Shown here: piece after piece, positions 35,380 to 46,055 of the stretch
Layout of the letters: the number at the start of each line of letters is the position of its first letter
Numbering within the stretch: position 1 is the first letter of the stretch
DNA from: a virus
Lineage: Duplodnaviria; Heunggongvirae; Uroviricota; Caudoviricetes
IMG/VR virus record: IMGVR_UViG_3300021400_000048
Location: 56,791-120,790 of that record
Length of the DNA: 64,000 bases
Reading direction: 5' to 3' (one strand)
The notes under the pieces: model-generated
Told to the model about the DNA's origin: nothing
Seen by the model: the letters and a program-made list of their open reading frames with translations, nothing else
The model's database searches: none
Position numbers and translations under genes: made by a program

Positions 35380-36645
35380 TTAAATGTCTTCTCTTACTCT
35401 TAGATATATTGGAAATCTAAGTGATGGTAATTTTGTCTTTGAATCATAAGTTTCTTCAAAATATTTAACTGTGATATACTTATTTAAATATTTATCTTTA
35501 TTTGTCCAGAAATAAGCTCTATCTTCATCACTTAAGCCGGAACCAACTTTAACAATATTATTTTTATATTCACAAATAAATGCACCAAGAGTTCCAGTTA
35601 ACTTATTTATTCCTTCTTCAAAACCAATAATTTTTAATTCAGTATCTTGAAACTTTTTAACTTTTAATAAATTATTTGTTCTCTTAAATTCATATGGTGC
35701 ATCAGTAATATTTATCATAATGCCTTCTTGTCCAGCAGCTGTTTGCTCATTAAGAATATCAATAATCTTGGCAGTATCTTTACCTTTATAAAGCATTGGC
35801 AACAATTCAAAATATTTAAAATTATTTAAATCAAATATTGCACTTAATTCAGCTCGTCTTGTAGAATAAGCTATTGGGCATTTTTGTAATAAAAAATTCA
35901 TAACTGGCATATAATCAAATACTAACATTTTTAAACCATGTTTTTCTAAATCTTTTGTTCGACTTAATTTCATAGTATTTTTATATGTATTTTCTAAATC
36001 TGTATCAATAGCAACAAGTTCACCATCAAATATAAAGTTATCATCATTTATATTTTTAAGCTCGTTTTCTAAATCAACAAGACCTTCATATTTTTGACCT
36101 TGACGTGTCCAGAAACTAACTTGCCCATGATCTTTCATAGCAATAATTCTGCTGCCATCAATTTTAGTTGTTAAAACAAATTCTTTACCTTCGACTATTT
36201 CTGGCTTATCAAAATATTTATTAGCTAGCATTACATTGAATTCTGGGATAAGATCTGGGATAACTTTATTAATTGTTTTTGAGTCAATTCCAAGTTGAAG
36301 ATTTTTTGTAACGATTTTTTCAAATAGATTTCTTAATTCTTTGTCTTGTATATAAATATTTTCATAGTCATGTAGCCAGCCAATAATCCAATCTTTACCA
36401 GTATTATTTTCTAATAGTTGATTTAAAACTTCTATAATAGTATGTTCATTTACAAAATGATGTTCACCTATTACTTTATTATATTTTTTATCTGAAATAC
36501 CAGTTGTAATATAAGGATTATAAACAAAGTTTAAAAGATATTTAATATCTTCATCATCTTTATATTTTTCTAAAACAGAAATTTTATAATTTCTTCCGTT
36601 TTCTGCATTAATCTCATCTACAAATTGTTTAAATTTTGCTAGCAT
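35380..36645 (-). CDS. ATP-dependent DNA ligase (motif I KIDG, FDGELV, EGIMIN, LKVKK)
   Basis: Nucleotidyltransferase motifs I, III, IV and V in the 421-aa ORF. Confidence 0.8.
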   Translation of the reverse strand: MLAKFKQFVDEINAENGRNYKISVLEKYKDDEDIKYLLNFVYNPYITTGISDKKYNKVIGEHHFVNEHTIIEVLNQLLENNTGKDWIIGWLHDYENIYIQDKELRNLFEKIVTKNLQLGIDSKTINKVIPDLIPEFNVMLANKYFDKPEIVEGKEFVLTTKIDGSRIIAMKDHGQVSFWTRQGQKYEGLVDLENELKNINDDNFIFDGELVAIDTDLENTYKNTMKLSRTKDLEKHGLKMLVFDYMPVMNFLLQKCPIAYSTRRAELSAIFDLNNFKYFELLPMLYKGKDTAKIIDILNEQTAAGQEGIMINITDAPYEFKRTNNLLKVKKFQDTELKIIGFEEGINKLTGTLGAFICEYKNNIVKVGSGLSDEDRAYFWTNKDKYLNKYITVKYFEETYDSKTKLPSLRFPIYLRVREDI

Positions 36646-36647
36646 AA

Positions 36648-37070
36648 TTACTCCTTATCTTTAACATAGGCACCAACTGATAATAATTCATAATCTGTAA
36701 CTTTATTATTTTCATCTACATTTCCTGCACCATTGCAAGAAAAAGCAACTGTTGTATTATTAATAAAATCATTCAATATCTTTCCTTGTACAGTATCCAA
36801 AACAGCAATATCTGCTTTTAAGTCATTACCATCAAAAGATAAATTTTCAACACTAAAAGCAACATTACCTAGGTTGACATTAGCATATGGTTCTTCATCA
36901 TTGCTTGGGAATTCACATAAAAACATTCTATTTGCTAATTTTTCTGTAACAATTGGATCTTCTATAACAGATTTTTCAATTAAAGTTTTTGGATAGATTT
37001 TACCAGTTCTTGTCGGCTTATCACAAGTTAAAACTGTAGTGGTAAATCTTTTTAAAACATGATCTTTCAT
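36648..37070 (-). CDS. hypothetical 140-aa protein
   Basis: ORF track; GGAGG RBS; class B cassette 37091-37140. Confidence 0.5.
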   Translation of the reverse strand: MKDHVLKRFTTTVLTCDKPTRTGKIYPKTLIEKSVIEDPIVTEKLANRMFLCEFPSNDEEPYANVNLGNVAFSVENLSFDGNDLKADIAVLDTVQGKILNDFINNTTVAFSCNGAGNVDENNKVTDYELLSVGAYVKDKE

Positions 37071-37090
37071 AAAACCTCCATTATTTTACA

Positions 37091-37110
37091 ATATATTATA
37101 CAATAAAAAA
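37091..37110 (-). promoter_or_regulatory. class B promoter TTTTTTATTGTATAATATATTG
   Basis: Hairpin 37111-37140 + T6 runs into the -10; 25 nt before the ATG at 37070. Confidence 0.6.
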
Positions 37111-37153
37111 GACAGATTTATTTAAAAATCTGCCTCATTTTTAATATTTTTAC

Positions 37154-39109
37154 TTAAATTGTTGCACCATTTGCAATAGCTACAAGTTTTTCTAATTCAT
37201 AAGTTCTTACAACTTTTTGATTTTCAGTTGGAACATATGTATTATCAAATACAATATCAGCTTCTGCTGGGTCAGCTACAACTTCACCACGTGCTCTTGC
37301 AACAAGGCCTACATTTAATTCTAAGAAATTAGAATCCATATATTTCTTAACAATTTCATAATCTGATAATCTTACAACTCTATCGTCTGAGTCTAGAGCT
37401 ATATTTAAAATAATCATTTCATTAGTTGTTAAGTCAATACCAAATGTAGCAGCTACTCTTGAATCTACACTAGGAACTTTAAATTGCATTGCAATATTTT
37501 TAGGATTCCAAGCCCTTGTATTTAAATCTTCTTTATTTTGATAGCCGCAGAAAACTTCACCTTCATTAAAATTGCCATTATAAGCATTAAGACTGTACAA
37601 TACAGCAACATAACCTTTTTCACGAAGTTCATCTAGCTTAATATCATAATATTCTGCACCTTTACTTGAACGATTATCGCCTGAGAATAAGATGCTTGTT
37701 CCATAAGGCTTTTCATAATAATTAGCAAAATAAATACAATCTAATGTACCATCTGCTTTAACAAGAGTTAATGAAGCATCAATATCATAAACATCTTTCC
37801 AGTAAACAAATGTTCTAATATTATTATAAGGAATAGCTACACGCGAACCAGTAGGAAGCATATCAATGCCTTTTCCACCAGCTGAAGTATTTGTAGGAAT
37901 ACCTAATTTATCAAAGCTATCTGATACATAAACTTTTCCAAGTTTATCCATTGCTTCATAAGCATTAATAACTTTTTCTAAAGCAGCATCATGAAGAAGC
38001 TTTCTAGTTGCATCATTAAGTCTAGACTTTCTCCATCTAGCTTCATAATCAGTTTCAGTGTGTTTCTTTACTTTATTATTTTTTGTAAAAGTAAATGTAC
38101 GATTATCAATAGTATCTTCACTTAATGTAGCTACCATTTGATAAAGTGCCATTGGATTCTTTGCAGGTAACATTTCAAGAATTTTAACAGCTTCTACTGG
38201 ATTTGCTCTTGAAAGTAAGAATTTAATATTTCTTTCAAGTAATGAGCCATTACGAGCATAAATTTCAGCTGCACCTAAAACATTGCCTTTAGCTAATTCA
38301 GCATTTGCAAGTTTATAAGGTGATCTTGAATTATCAGCTTTTACAACCTTAGCATTACACATTATAGCTAACTTATTAAAATATTTAGCTTGCTTTTTAC
38401 TCATTGGACAATTACGAACATATGGTAAGCATTTTGCAATTAAGTCTAAAGTTTCTTTATCTTCAGGACTAAATGTCTTTCTGTCACCATATTTAGCAAC
38501 AGATAATTTAACCATATCCTTCTTATCTAAGAATCTAGCAAAAGTAATATCTTTTTCTAATAAAGTAAAGATATTATCACGACATTTAATTTCTTTTCCT
38601 TCAGTATAATAACCATTAGTAAATAAGAATTCAAATTCAGCTAATTCATCTAAAGCAAATGGTCTAGTATAATCACAGTATGCATCAGCAATACCTTTTA
38701 AAACTTCAACAGCTTCATCTTCTGTTACAATCTTAAATTCACGTAATGTAATTTCATCACCAACTTTATATTCTGGTAAATCTTTTTCAAAAATTTCAGG
38801 ACGACTATAAATACCAGTTCCTGTTTCTACTAAGAAATAAGATACTAGTTGTTCAATTAATAATTCAGCCTTAGTAAAATAAGCCATATGTTGTGGATTA
38901 GCATAAAAACTTGCTGGAACATTTAATTTAAAAATGTCTGAAATTACTTCCATGCCTTCTTTTGTTAAAAGTTGAGGCTTATCAACAATAACACCACAGT
39001 TAGCTAAAAGATATGCATTGTAATATGCAACTTTACTCTTATCTAATTCTGTGTAAGTACTTAATAAATAATGACGATTTGCTAAAATTGATTGAATTGT
39101 TGTTTTCAT
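37154..39109 (-). CDS. large hypothetical protein, 652 aa from MKTTIQ (the track ORF extends 24 codons further, to 39181)
   Basis: GAAAGGAAAAATT-ATG at about 39109 preferred over the upstream in-frame ATG, which lies inside a leader hairpin. Confidence 0.55.
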   Translation of the reverse strand: MKTTIQSILANRHYLLSTYTELDKSKVAYYNAYLLANCGVIVDKPQLLTKEGMEVISDIFKLNVPASFYANPQHMAYFTKAELLIEQLVSYFLVETGTGIYSRPEIFEKDLPEYKVGDEITLREFKIVTEDEAVEVLKGIADAYCDYTRPFALDELAEFEFLFTNGYYTEGKEIKCRDNIFTLLEKDITFARFLDKKDMVKLSVAKYGDRKTFSPEDKETLDLIAKCLPYVRNCPMSKKQAKYFNKLAIMCNAKVVKADNSRSPYKLANAELAKGNVLGAAEIYARNGSLLERNIKFLLSRANPVEAVKILEMLPAKNPMALYQMVATLSEDTIDNRTFTFTKNNKVKKHTETDYEARWRKSRLNDATRKLLHDAALEKVINAYEAMDKLGKVYVSDSFDKLGIPTNTSAGGKGIDMLPTGSRVAIPYNNIRTFVYWKDVYDIDASLTLVKADGTLDCIYFANYYEKPYGTSILFSGDNRSSKGAEYYDIKLDELREKGYVAVLYSLNAYNGNFNEGEVFCGYQNKEDLNTRAWNPKNIAMQFKVPSVDSRVAATFGIDLTTNEMIILNIALDSDDRVVRLSDYEIVKKYMDSNFLELNVGLVARARGEVVADPAEADIVFDNTYVPTENQKVVRTYELEKLVAIANGATI

Positions 39110-39370
39110 AATTTTTCCTTTCAAAATAAAAAGCAGTATATATAAAATAAATTTTGGCCTATTACCAAGTTTATGATACATATACTGCTTTATGTAATTA
39201 TTTGGTCTGACTAATTATAATAACCTTTTTCATGTAAAATTAAGAAATAAGTACAGACTCTTATATTGTATATCTATAAACTTGGCCTAACTAAATAACC
39301 TTAGATTTTGCAGATCTCTTCTTTAGAAATAAGTATAGGCTCTATTTTTGTGAGTTAATTACTCTCACAT

Positions 39371-39390
39371 ATATATTATACAATATTTTT
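39371..39390 (-). promoter_or_regulatory. class B promoter heading a roughly 255-nt leader
   Basis: AAAAAAATATTGTATAATATATATG; first downstream start codon is at about 39109. Confidence 0.55.
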
Positions 39391-39408
39391 TTTAAATTTT
39401 TATTTATT

Positions 39409-40059
39409 TTATTTATTATCTTTCAAAAATGGAAAAGCGTCAGATTTTACTATTCAACTTGCACCAAAGAAGAATAATGCTATTGCTTCTACAATTCAAG
39501 TTAAATTATAAATCTCCACTCCTGGGATTAATCTTAATAATAATAGTAAGAAAGATCCCATCATTCCAATTCCACAAACTCTATAAATTATATTTTTAAT
39601 TTTCTTTTGCTTTGTCATTCTAGGCTTAGCTATTTGTCCAACTTGCCATTCATATGTTTTAGTAAATAAGAAGAAAGACATAAATGCTAAAATTGCAAAA
39701 AATGCAAATGCACTAATACAATGAAAAATATTACTTGTAGTGGAAACTAAATGAAATATTCCAACTTTTGTTTCTGGACTCTCCGCAAATGTCATTGGAA
39801 ATAAACAAATTAATATTCCAAATATTCCTGCAAGTGTTGCAGTTATATCATCTACTTTATCATAACCTTTATAATTAATTAATAAAATTCCTGCACTACC
39901 AAGAACAACCATAAATGTTCCGACTGCAAATCAAGAATAATAAGTGCAAGAAATTGATTCAGGTCAACTTAAAGTAATTAATGCAACTAATCAAGGAAGT
40001 AACATTCCAAGAATACCTATCATAATTCGCATTCTTTTAGTATCGACTGTTACATTCAT
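39409..40059 (-). CDS. polytopic membrane protein, about 216 aa, 5 TGA-Trp
   Basis: ORF 39496..39912 extended through TGA at both ends by hand; start behind GAGGCGAGG. Confidence 0.5.
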
Positions 40060-40065
40060 AAATTA

Positions 40066-40515
40066 TTACATTTGGGCCTCGCCTCAAGCACTTATTACTA
40101 ATTCTACTTCATTGATATCTCCATTAGTCATAGGTTGACCTTCTGCATCTTCAACTCCAAAGACTAAAGAAGTACTTGATGATGGGCGGACGCCCATATA
40201 ACAAGGAGCTGTGCCACATAAACCGAATTGAAAACCAATTGCTAATGCACGACGATTTTGTGAATTTTGTATCATAGCAACAATTGCAGTTGTTTGGTCT
40301 TGAGTTAAATTATTAACAAAAAAGTCTGTTAATTGCTCTACTGTAAAACCTCTCATTTTATAAACCTCAGTTCGTCTAATTCCACGATTCCCATCATCAG
40401 CTTTTTCATATACTTTTCTACATAATGAATAAAAATTAATAGTAGTATGAGGGGTAATTACTCCTTGGTAAGGACTTTCATAATTTAATAAATCTTTTAA
40501 ATACATATTACTCAT
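40066..40515 (-). CDS. hypothetical 149-aa protein (1 TGA)
   Basis: ORF 40084..40515 extends through TGA to a TAA at 40066; AGGAGG RBS. Confidence 0.5.
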
Positions 40516-40531
40516 AATTATTGCCTCCTAA

Positions 40532-41956
40532 TTATTCTTCCTCGTGCCTATTAATGTGAATATTGGCAATAAAACCTTCTATACTGTTTTCAGGAAAATC
40601 TCCAAATCATTCTAATTTTATATATCCTTCATTAGTATAAGAATCACTCGTATATGATACACGAACATCTCGGTATTCATCACCTGGATTATAATCAGTA
40701 ACCGGCTCTACATCAACACTAAAACCAGTAATTTCTTCTTCAGCTGCAAACATTGCCACATTAATAGGTTGGCCTACTCGTTCAATAAGAAATGTAGGTA
40801 AATTAAATTCTAAGCTTTCTTTATCAGCAAGTGAAGCATATTTGGCTTGCATTAACATATAAAAGTCATCAGTAAGATATTCTACTGGGGCATCATTTTC
40901 TCATTGAACTGTATATTTTAAGATAGGGATCACTTTGCTAGTATGCTCTTTTGGTACATTATTATCTACATATGGAACACCTACATAGCAGCCAATTAAG
41001 CCTGAAGTAGGAGTAGGTGTAACTCCGCCACCTGGCAAAACAAAATAATCTCATATAACATTAAAAATAAATTTGTTCTCATGATCATGATCAGGTTGCA
41101 TAGCTATAATGATTGGACCATTTGCAGTATATATCTCAATATTTTGATTTAAATCTGCTTCAACTCCCACTACAGCAAGAGGTGGATTTTGTGCTTCACT
41201 ATCAGTAAAAATTACTATTGTAAGTGATGTTAATGCTCCTATCTTCTGAGCTAAATAACTATAGTCCTCAGTAGTTAAGTCTTGAAGTCAATCTAAACTA
41301 TTAGGAGTACTTTCACCATAAACTAAATTAAGATATAAATCACTCTCTATTTTGAAATTTTGAAATGTTGGATTAAATATTATTCCTTCTTCCTCTTCAT
41401 CATCAGTTGCATTTATTTGTAAATCACCAAAATCACTAGTTAAGTAAATTTCTACATTATTGTCATTTCTTTGACAATGAAAATAACTAACTTTGTCATA
41501 GAACTTGCCAGAATATTGATGTTCAAATTCAGTAACAATATAATGTCCATTATAAGGTGCAAGTATTTCGTATAATTCAGCAATTGTAGTATATTCTGGA
41601 ATATTTCTACCATTTATCTCAAAGTAGCCTGAAAATATTTCGCAATATAAAGATATATCTGTTACTAATTCACTACTTGTGCTACCACCTTCTGGAATTT
41701 TATACTTATTTCCGTCAATTTCAATTCCTGTTAAGTCTGGCTCACTGCCTTCCATTTCTGGATTAGCTATAACACTACCGCCGCCAACAGGAATATCTCC
41801 TTCGCCAACAATAGGAATACCATTAATTGTTTTAAATAGTGTTTCTGATTGCTCATTTAAAGCTTCTGCAACAGCAGTTTCATCTGTAGGTGATGGAATA
41901 CCTTTTGAAGTAACTTTAATGTCGCCAGCTTTATCTTGATAATAAAGTTTGCCCAT
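40532..41956 (-). CDS. hypothetical 474-aa protein (3 TGA-Trp)
   Basis: ORFs 41288..41956 and 40607..40858 are in the same frame. The 428-nt gap hand-translates with no TAA/TAG. AAGGAG RBS; class A motif 41991-42007. Confidence 0.6.
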
Positions 41957-41990
41957 AATCTATTCTCCTTTATTTATTTTTTATTTTCTA

Positions 41991-42007
41991 CTTAATTTAG
42001 CAAATAT
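41991..42007 (-). promoter_or_regulatory. class A motif TATTTGCTAAATTAAGTAG
   Basis: About 40 nt before the ATG at 41956. Confidence 0.55.
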
Positions 42008-42033
42008 TTTAATAAAAAAGACCTTAATATAAA

Positions 42034-42792
42034 TTAAAGTCTCTTATGTTTTAATTTCTGTCTTTCATTAAATTTTAATATATCTTCTAGTAATTCTGCG
42101 TCTGCAAAATTAGCAATAGCTGGCACATCTTTATCCAGACAATGACTAGAAAAATACGGGTGATCTTTATAGACAAATGTATGACTTGGATTTACACGTG
42201 GATCTAAAATAAATAATTCTCTTAAGTCTTCATAATCAACACCAATATTATTTGCTATTTCATAAAATTGACAGCAAAAAGCTACTTTTGTTGCTAACCA
42301 AGAATTTTCCATATATTTTGCCAGTTCTGCTGTTTTACTATCAACTATTCTAAATGTATGCCTTGCATCATAAACATTTTGTAATAATTGTTGAACTTCT
42401 AGACAATCTTTTTTATCTCCACCTAAGATAGTAAAATCAAAATAAAAATTATTACAATGTTGTGTTCCACCGTAATATTCAGGACTAAAAACTATTTTTT
42501 TCTTTGTTATTTCTTTTAGCTTATCAATACTTCCTGGCAAGATAGTTGATTTAATGATATAAATATTTGCATCATGCTCATTTATTACCTCAATTAAATC
42601 ATCTATAGGTGCTTCAACAGTATCCATTTTTTTAGTATCTATACAGATAAAACAAAAGTCATATTTAGTCTTTTTCTTAACACTATAACTTGGTTTATAT
42701 TTATCATAAATATCTGGTTCTAATACTTTTATTTCTTCGTATAAATTATGACCAACTACACCATATCCTACAATTAAAACTTTTTTTCTCAT
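42034..42792 (-). CDS. nucleotide-sugar dehydrogenase-like protein (NAD-binding LIVGYGVVG, STILPGS, central AELAKYMENSWLATK); lacks the C-terminal UDP-binding domain
   Basis: UDP-glucose/GDP-mannose dehydrogenase family motifs in the 252-aa ORF; class B cassette 42806-42850 upstream. Confidence 0.55.
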   Translation of the reverse strand: MRKKVLIVGYGVVGHNLYEEIKVLEPDIYDKYKPSYSVKKKTKYDFCFICIDTKKMDTVEAPIDDLIEVINEHDANIYIIKSTILPGSIDKLKEITKKKIVFSPEYYGGTQHCNNFYFDFTILGGDKKDCLEVQQLLQNVYDARHTFRIVDSKTAELAKYMENSWLATKVAFCCQFYEIANNIGVDYEDLRELFILDPRVNPSHTFVYKDHPYFSSHCLDKDVPAIANFADAELLEDILKFNERQKLKHKRL

Positions 42793-42805
42793 ATAAAACC
42801 TCTTT

Positions 42806-42828
42806 ATATATTATACAATAATAAAAAG
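42806..42828 (-). promoter_or_regulatory. class B promoter TTATTATTGTATAATATATAAAGAGG
   Basis: Fused to perfect 10-bp hairpin 42826-42849; before the ATG at 42792. Confidence 0.6.
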
Positions 42829-42849
42829 ACTAATTTAATAATTAGTCTT
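42826..42849 (-). terminator. hairpin AAGACTAATT-TAAT-AATTAGTCTT
   Basis: 3' of the gene ending at 42842; fused to a class B promoter. Confidence 0.6.
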
Positions 42850-44407
42850 CATTTATAATTTTTCATAATGCATCTTCTAATTCTTTACTTCAGCCTTCTA
42901 CACTATTACAGATAAATTTTATATTAGGATTTTGTAATGCATCTGCAAATTTATTATCAAATATTTCTTTACTTCAAATACCAAGCCTAATATTATCATC
43001 TAAAATAGGTGCTTTATGCGCAAATGAATTAAAATAAACATCCTCAGGAACATAGCTTTCTTCTCGCATATTAAATTTATCTCACAAATTCTTAAGCCTC
43101 TCAAATTCAAAATAGCAAGGAAAATGCGTAGTATAATTTATATGGGTAAAATTTTCTCTGTCCATTAATTGTCTTGTTTTTCATTTATCATGTTTTCAAT
43201 ATGATGTTGGTAAATCTTTTCTACCAATAAAAGTTGGTTGATGATAATATATAGTATTTATATCTTTAAAGCTAAAAGGTTTAATAGCATAATTATCATC
43301 TACCATATAAATAAAACCATCATACTTATCTTTAAAATGATCGTAGGCTATTTCCATTTTATGCTGAATATCTAAATGTGGATTATACTGACCTAATTTT
43401 TTTTCTTTATTTTTAATATATATAAAATCTACCCAAGGAAATTCTTCAATTAATGACTGTTCAAATTCGCCAATAACAGCAAAATGATACTTAAAAGTAC
43501 AAAATTTTTTCCAACAATTTAAAGCTAATTTTATTTCATTACCTTGTGCATGACTTTGGCTAAAAGGTAATACAACTAAAATTTCTTTATTTAATTCATC
43601 TAACAATTGCTTTTTTAACTGTAGCATATCTGAATTTATCGTAAAAAAGGCATCAAATGTTCTAACTATACCCATAAAATAACCTCTTAAAGTTTTTTTT
43701 CAGATATATTCTTCTCAAGATTTAGTTATATAATGTCTTAAATAAATATTATTGTAGACAAGCTCATTTGGGTCTTTGTTAAATTTTGTATTGCAAAAAT
43801 TACAAATATCATTTGGAATATGATTAGTATTTCAAAATTCTTTTTTATACTTTTTTAAATTATAGCAAGGTTTTTTATTACAAGTTCTATCTTTTAAACG
43901 AACAAAACCAGATATTTTTTTAGTAAAAGTTTCTATAACACCTTTATTTGAATAATCTGGCCTATCTATTAACCCATTGGCACCATAGCATTCTCATGAT
44001 AATATAAAAGCATCATAATCTACAAATAAATTAAATATATCTGATAATGATTTATCTTTTTCTAATGTAATAAATTCATCATTATCGATAACAAAAACTC
44101 AATCATAGCTTTCAGAATATTTAGCTTTTAAAAAATTCATACCACTTCTTAAATATATCTGTTGTGCACTACTCTTCTTTGTTTTTTTATATTCAATTGC
44201 CTTATTAATGCCTACTTCTGTAAGTATAGCTGTAATACTTTGCAGTGTTACTCTATCGCCATATTTATCTGTAATAGCTTTATGTGATAAACTATCTATA
44301 TCTTCAAATATAAATATATGATTAACACCTATATCTAAATGATATTTTATTCACTCATCTAAATATAGGTGTTCATTTTTAATAACTGTTAATATACAAG
44401 AAGTCAT
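42842..44407 (-). CDS. two-domain glycosyltransferase, 521 aa: GT92-like N-terminus (NEHLYLDEWIKYHLDIGVNHIFIFED) + GT-A-like C-terminus (FIYMVDDNY); about 10 TGA-Trp
   Basis: Continuous in-frame hand translation from the ATG at 44405-44407 (TAATG overlap with the upstream stop) through ORF 43196..43675 to a TAA at 42842; no stop between the two halves. Confidence 0.55.
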
Positions 44408-45636
44408 TATTCGTAATAGTCTTCTCCTGGCTCTTCTTCGCTATTAGCATCTCCATTGCCTGAGCCTGATCCAGATCCACTGCCTGAACCTCCGCCGCCA
44501 CCATTATAGGCTTCTGCTGCTGTTGTACTTCAAGTTTCATCATTACATATAATGGCAAGATTCATATTTTCGTTTGCACAATAAAAAGCAAATAATACAT
44601 TATCTTTATATGTTGTATCATCCTTAATTCCATCTATAGTGCCATCATAATAAATAGTAGCACTACTAAGATAATCAGATGCTTCCTCTGTGTTATTAAA
44701 AGCATCAGCTGCTACACTAGTTACAGTCCTTGGTATAGTGATGGAAGTAAGTGCAGTACCCTTAAAAGCAGAGTTGCCAATTGTAGTCAAAGCAGCAGGT
44801 AAACTTATATATTGTAATTCTTCACAGCCTTCAAAAGCATAGCTACCAATTACTTCAACATCTTCACGAATATTAATTTGTGAAAGGCTTGTACACCCTT
44901 GAAAACAACTATCTGAAATGCCAGCTTCACTTGATCAAATAACACTAGTTAAATTATCACATTCACAAAAAGCACCATTACCAACAACAATTACATCCCC
45001 AGGAATTGTAATACTTGATATTCCGCATCTTCTAAAAGCATAAATTCCAATCTCTTCCAGATACTCAGGTAATGTTAGATTAGTTAAACTAGAAGTATCT
45101 TCGAAAGCAGATATTCCAATTTTTTTAAGTTCTGGTGGAAAAATTATACCTACAAGATCTCCATCATCTTTAAAAATATTATCAAATAACATTGTTATGT
45201 CATGCTCATTCCCACTACTATCTACAAATATTGCTGGTATATTAGCTATATGAGTCGAATCTGTAGATATTCCCTGTGGTGCAGCTACTATTTGATTGAT
45301 AATAGTGCCAAAAGGAACTGTTGTTCTGCCTTTAGTCTGCGCTTCTGCTAAGCATTTTAAGATATTTCTAAAATAATCTTTTGTATCAACACTTGTCTCA
45401 GAGCTGCTGGGGCAGTTATAAATATGTGCACCAACCGCATATATTCCAGCTGTTGGTACATTGAAGTAGTATGATATAAATTTACTACCCTTTAATTCAT
45501 CTAAGATGTTTTCTCCTAAAATATCACCCGAAACATTCTTTGACCCTCTGATTATATCAGCAGCTTTACCTAACACTTCTCTTAAATCATTAATATCATA
45601 ATTAGGCATATTAGAAACGCTCCTGTAATAATGCAT
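44407..45636 (-). CDS. BspA-type leucine-rich-repeat protein with a C-terminal Gly/Ser linker and acidic tail, 409 aa (2 TGA-Trp)
   Basis: ORFs 44935..45636 and 44530..44790 in the same frame joined through TGA; repeats IGISAFEDTSSLTNLTLP / IGIYAFRRCGISSITIP / VIGSYAFEGCEELQYISLP; tail GGGGGSGSGSGSGSGNGD. Confidence 0.6.
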
Positions 45637-46033
45637 CTAAATCAGCAGAGTGATTATCAAATGTTCCAGTTACTCCTAAAATAGTTACACCAGACCTAAT
45701 GTTTCCAACTACTAAATCTGCATCTACAACTTGTGCAGTAGCATAAGCAGCTACATCTACTTGTTCTGTAGTTGTAATATCAATATTTCCTATTGGTGTT
45801 GGTCCACCGCCTTGAACATCTACATCTGCAGAAGCATATTCTGCAACATCATAAGTGCCATTTTCAGTAATACTAATAGTTCCTGTAGGTACTGGTGCTG
45901 GTTCTTCCTCACCATCTAAAACTGCTCTATCAATAAGAGCAACATCATCATTAGCAGGAATTCCTGAATAGCTACCAGTAAGAGTTCCTTGCTTTTCATA
46001 AACTAATTTAAATTTTTTGTTTTCTTCTGCCAT
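45611..46033 (-). CDS. 140-aa protein sharing its N-terminal about 45 aa with 46056..46556
   Basis: MAEENKKFKLVYEKQGTLTGSYSGIPANDD... versus MAETKQYKLVYEKEGELKGSYSGIPANDD... Confidence 0.55.
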   Translation of the reverse strand: MAEENKKFKLVYEKQGTLTGSYSGIPANDDVALIDRAVLDGEEEPAPVPTGTISITENGTYDVAEYASADVDVQGGGPTPIGNIDITTTEQVDVAAYATAQVVDADLVVGNIRSGVTILGVTGTFDNHSADLDALLQERF

Positions 46034-46055
46034 TTTATATCTCCTTAATTAACAA

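Noticed and set aside
37154-39181. Calling the 652-aa protein a Ro60/TROVE-vWA RNA-repair partner, and starting it at MYHKLGN
   Set aside because: No motif I could verify (the MIDAS-like DASLT is too weak). The upstream ATG sits inside the leader hairpin and lacks an RBS. The protein was left as hypothetical with the MKTT start.
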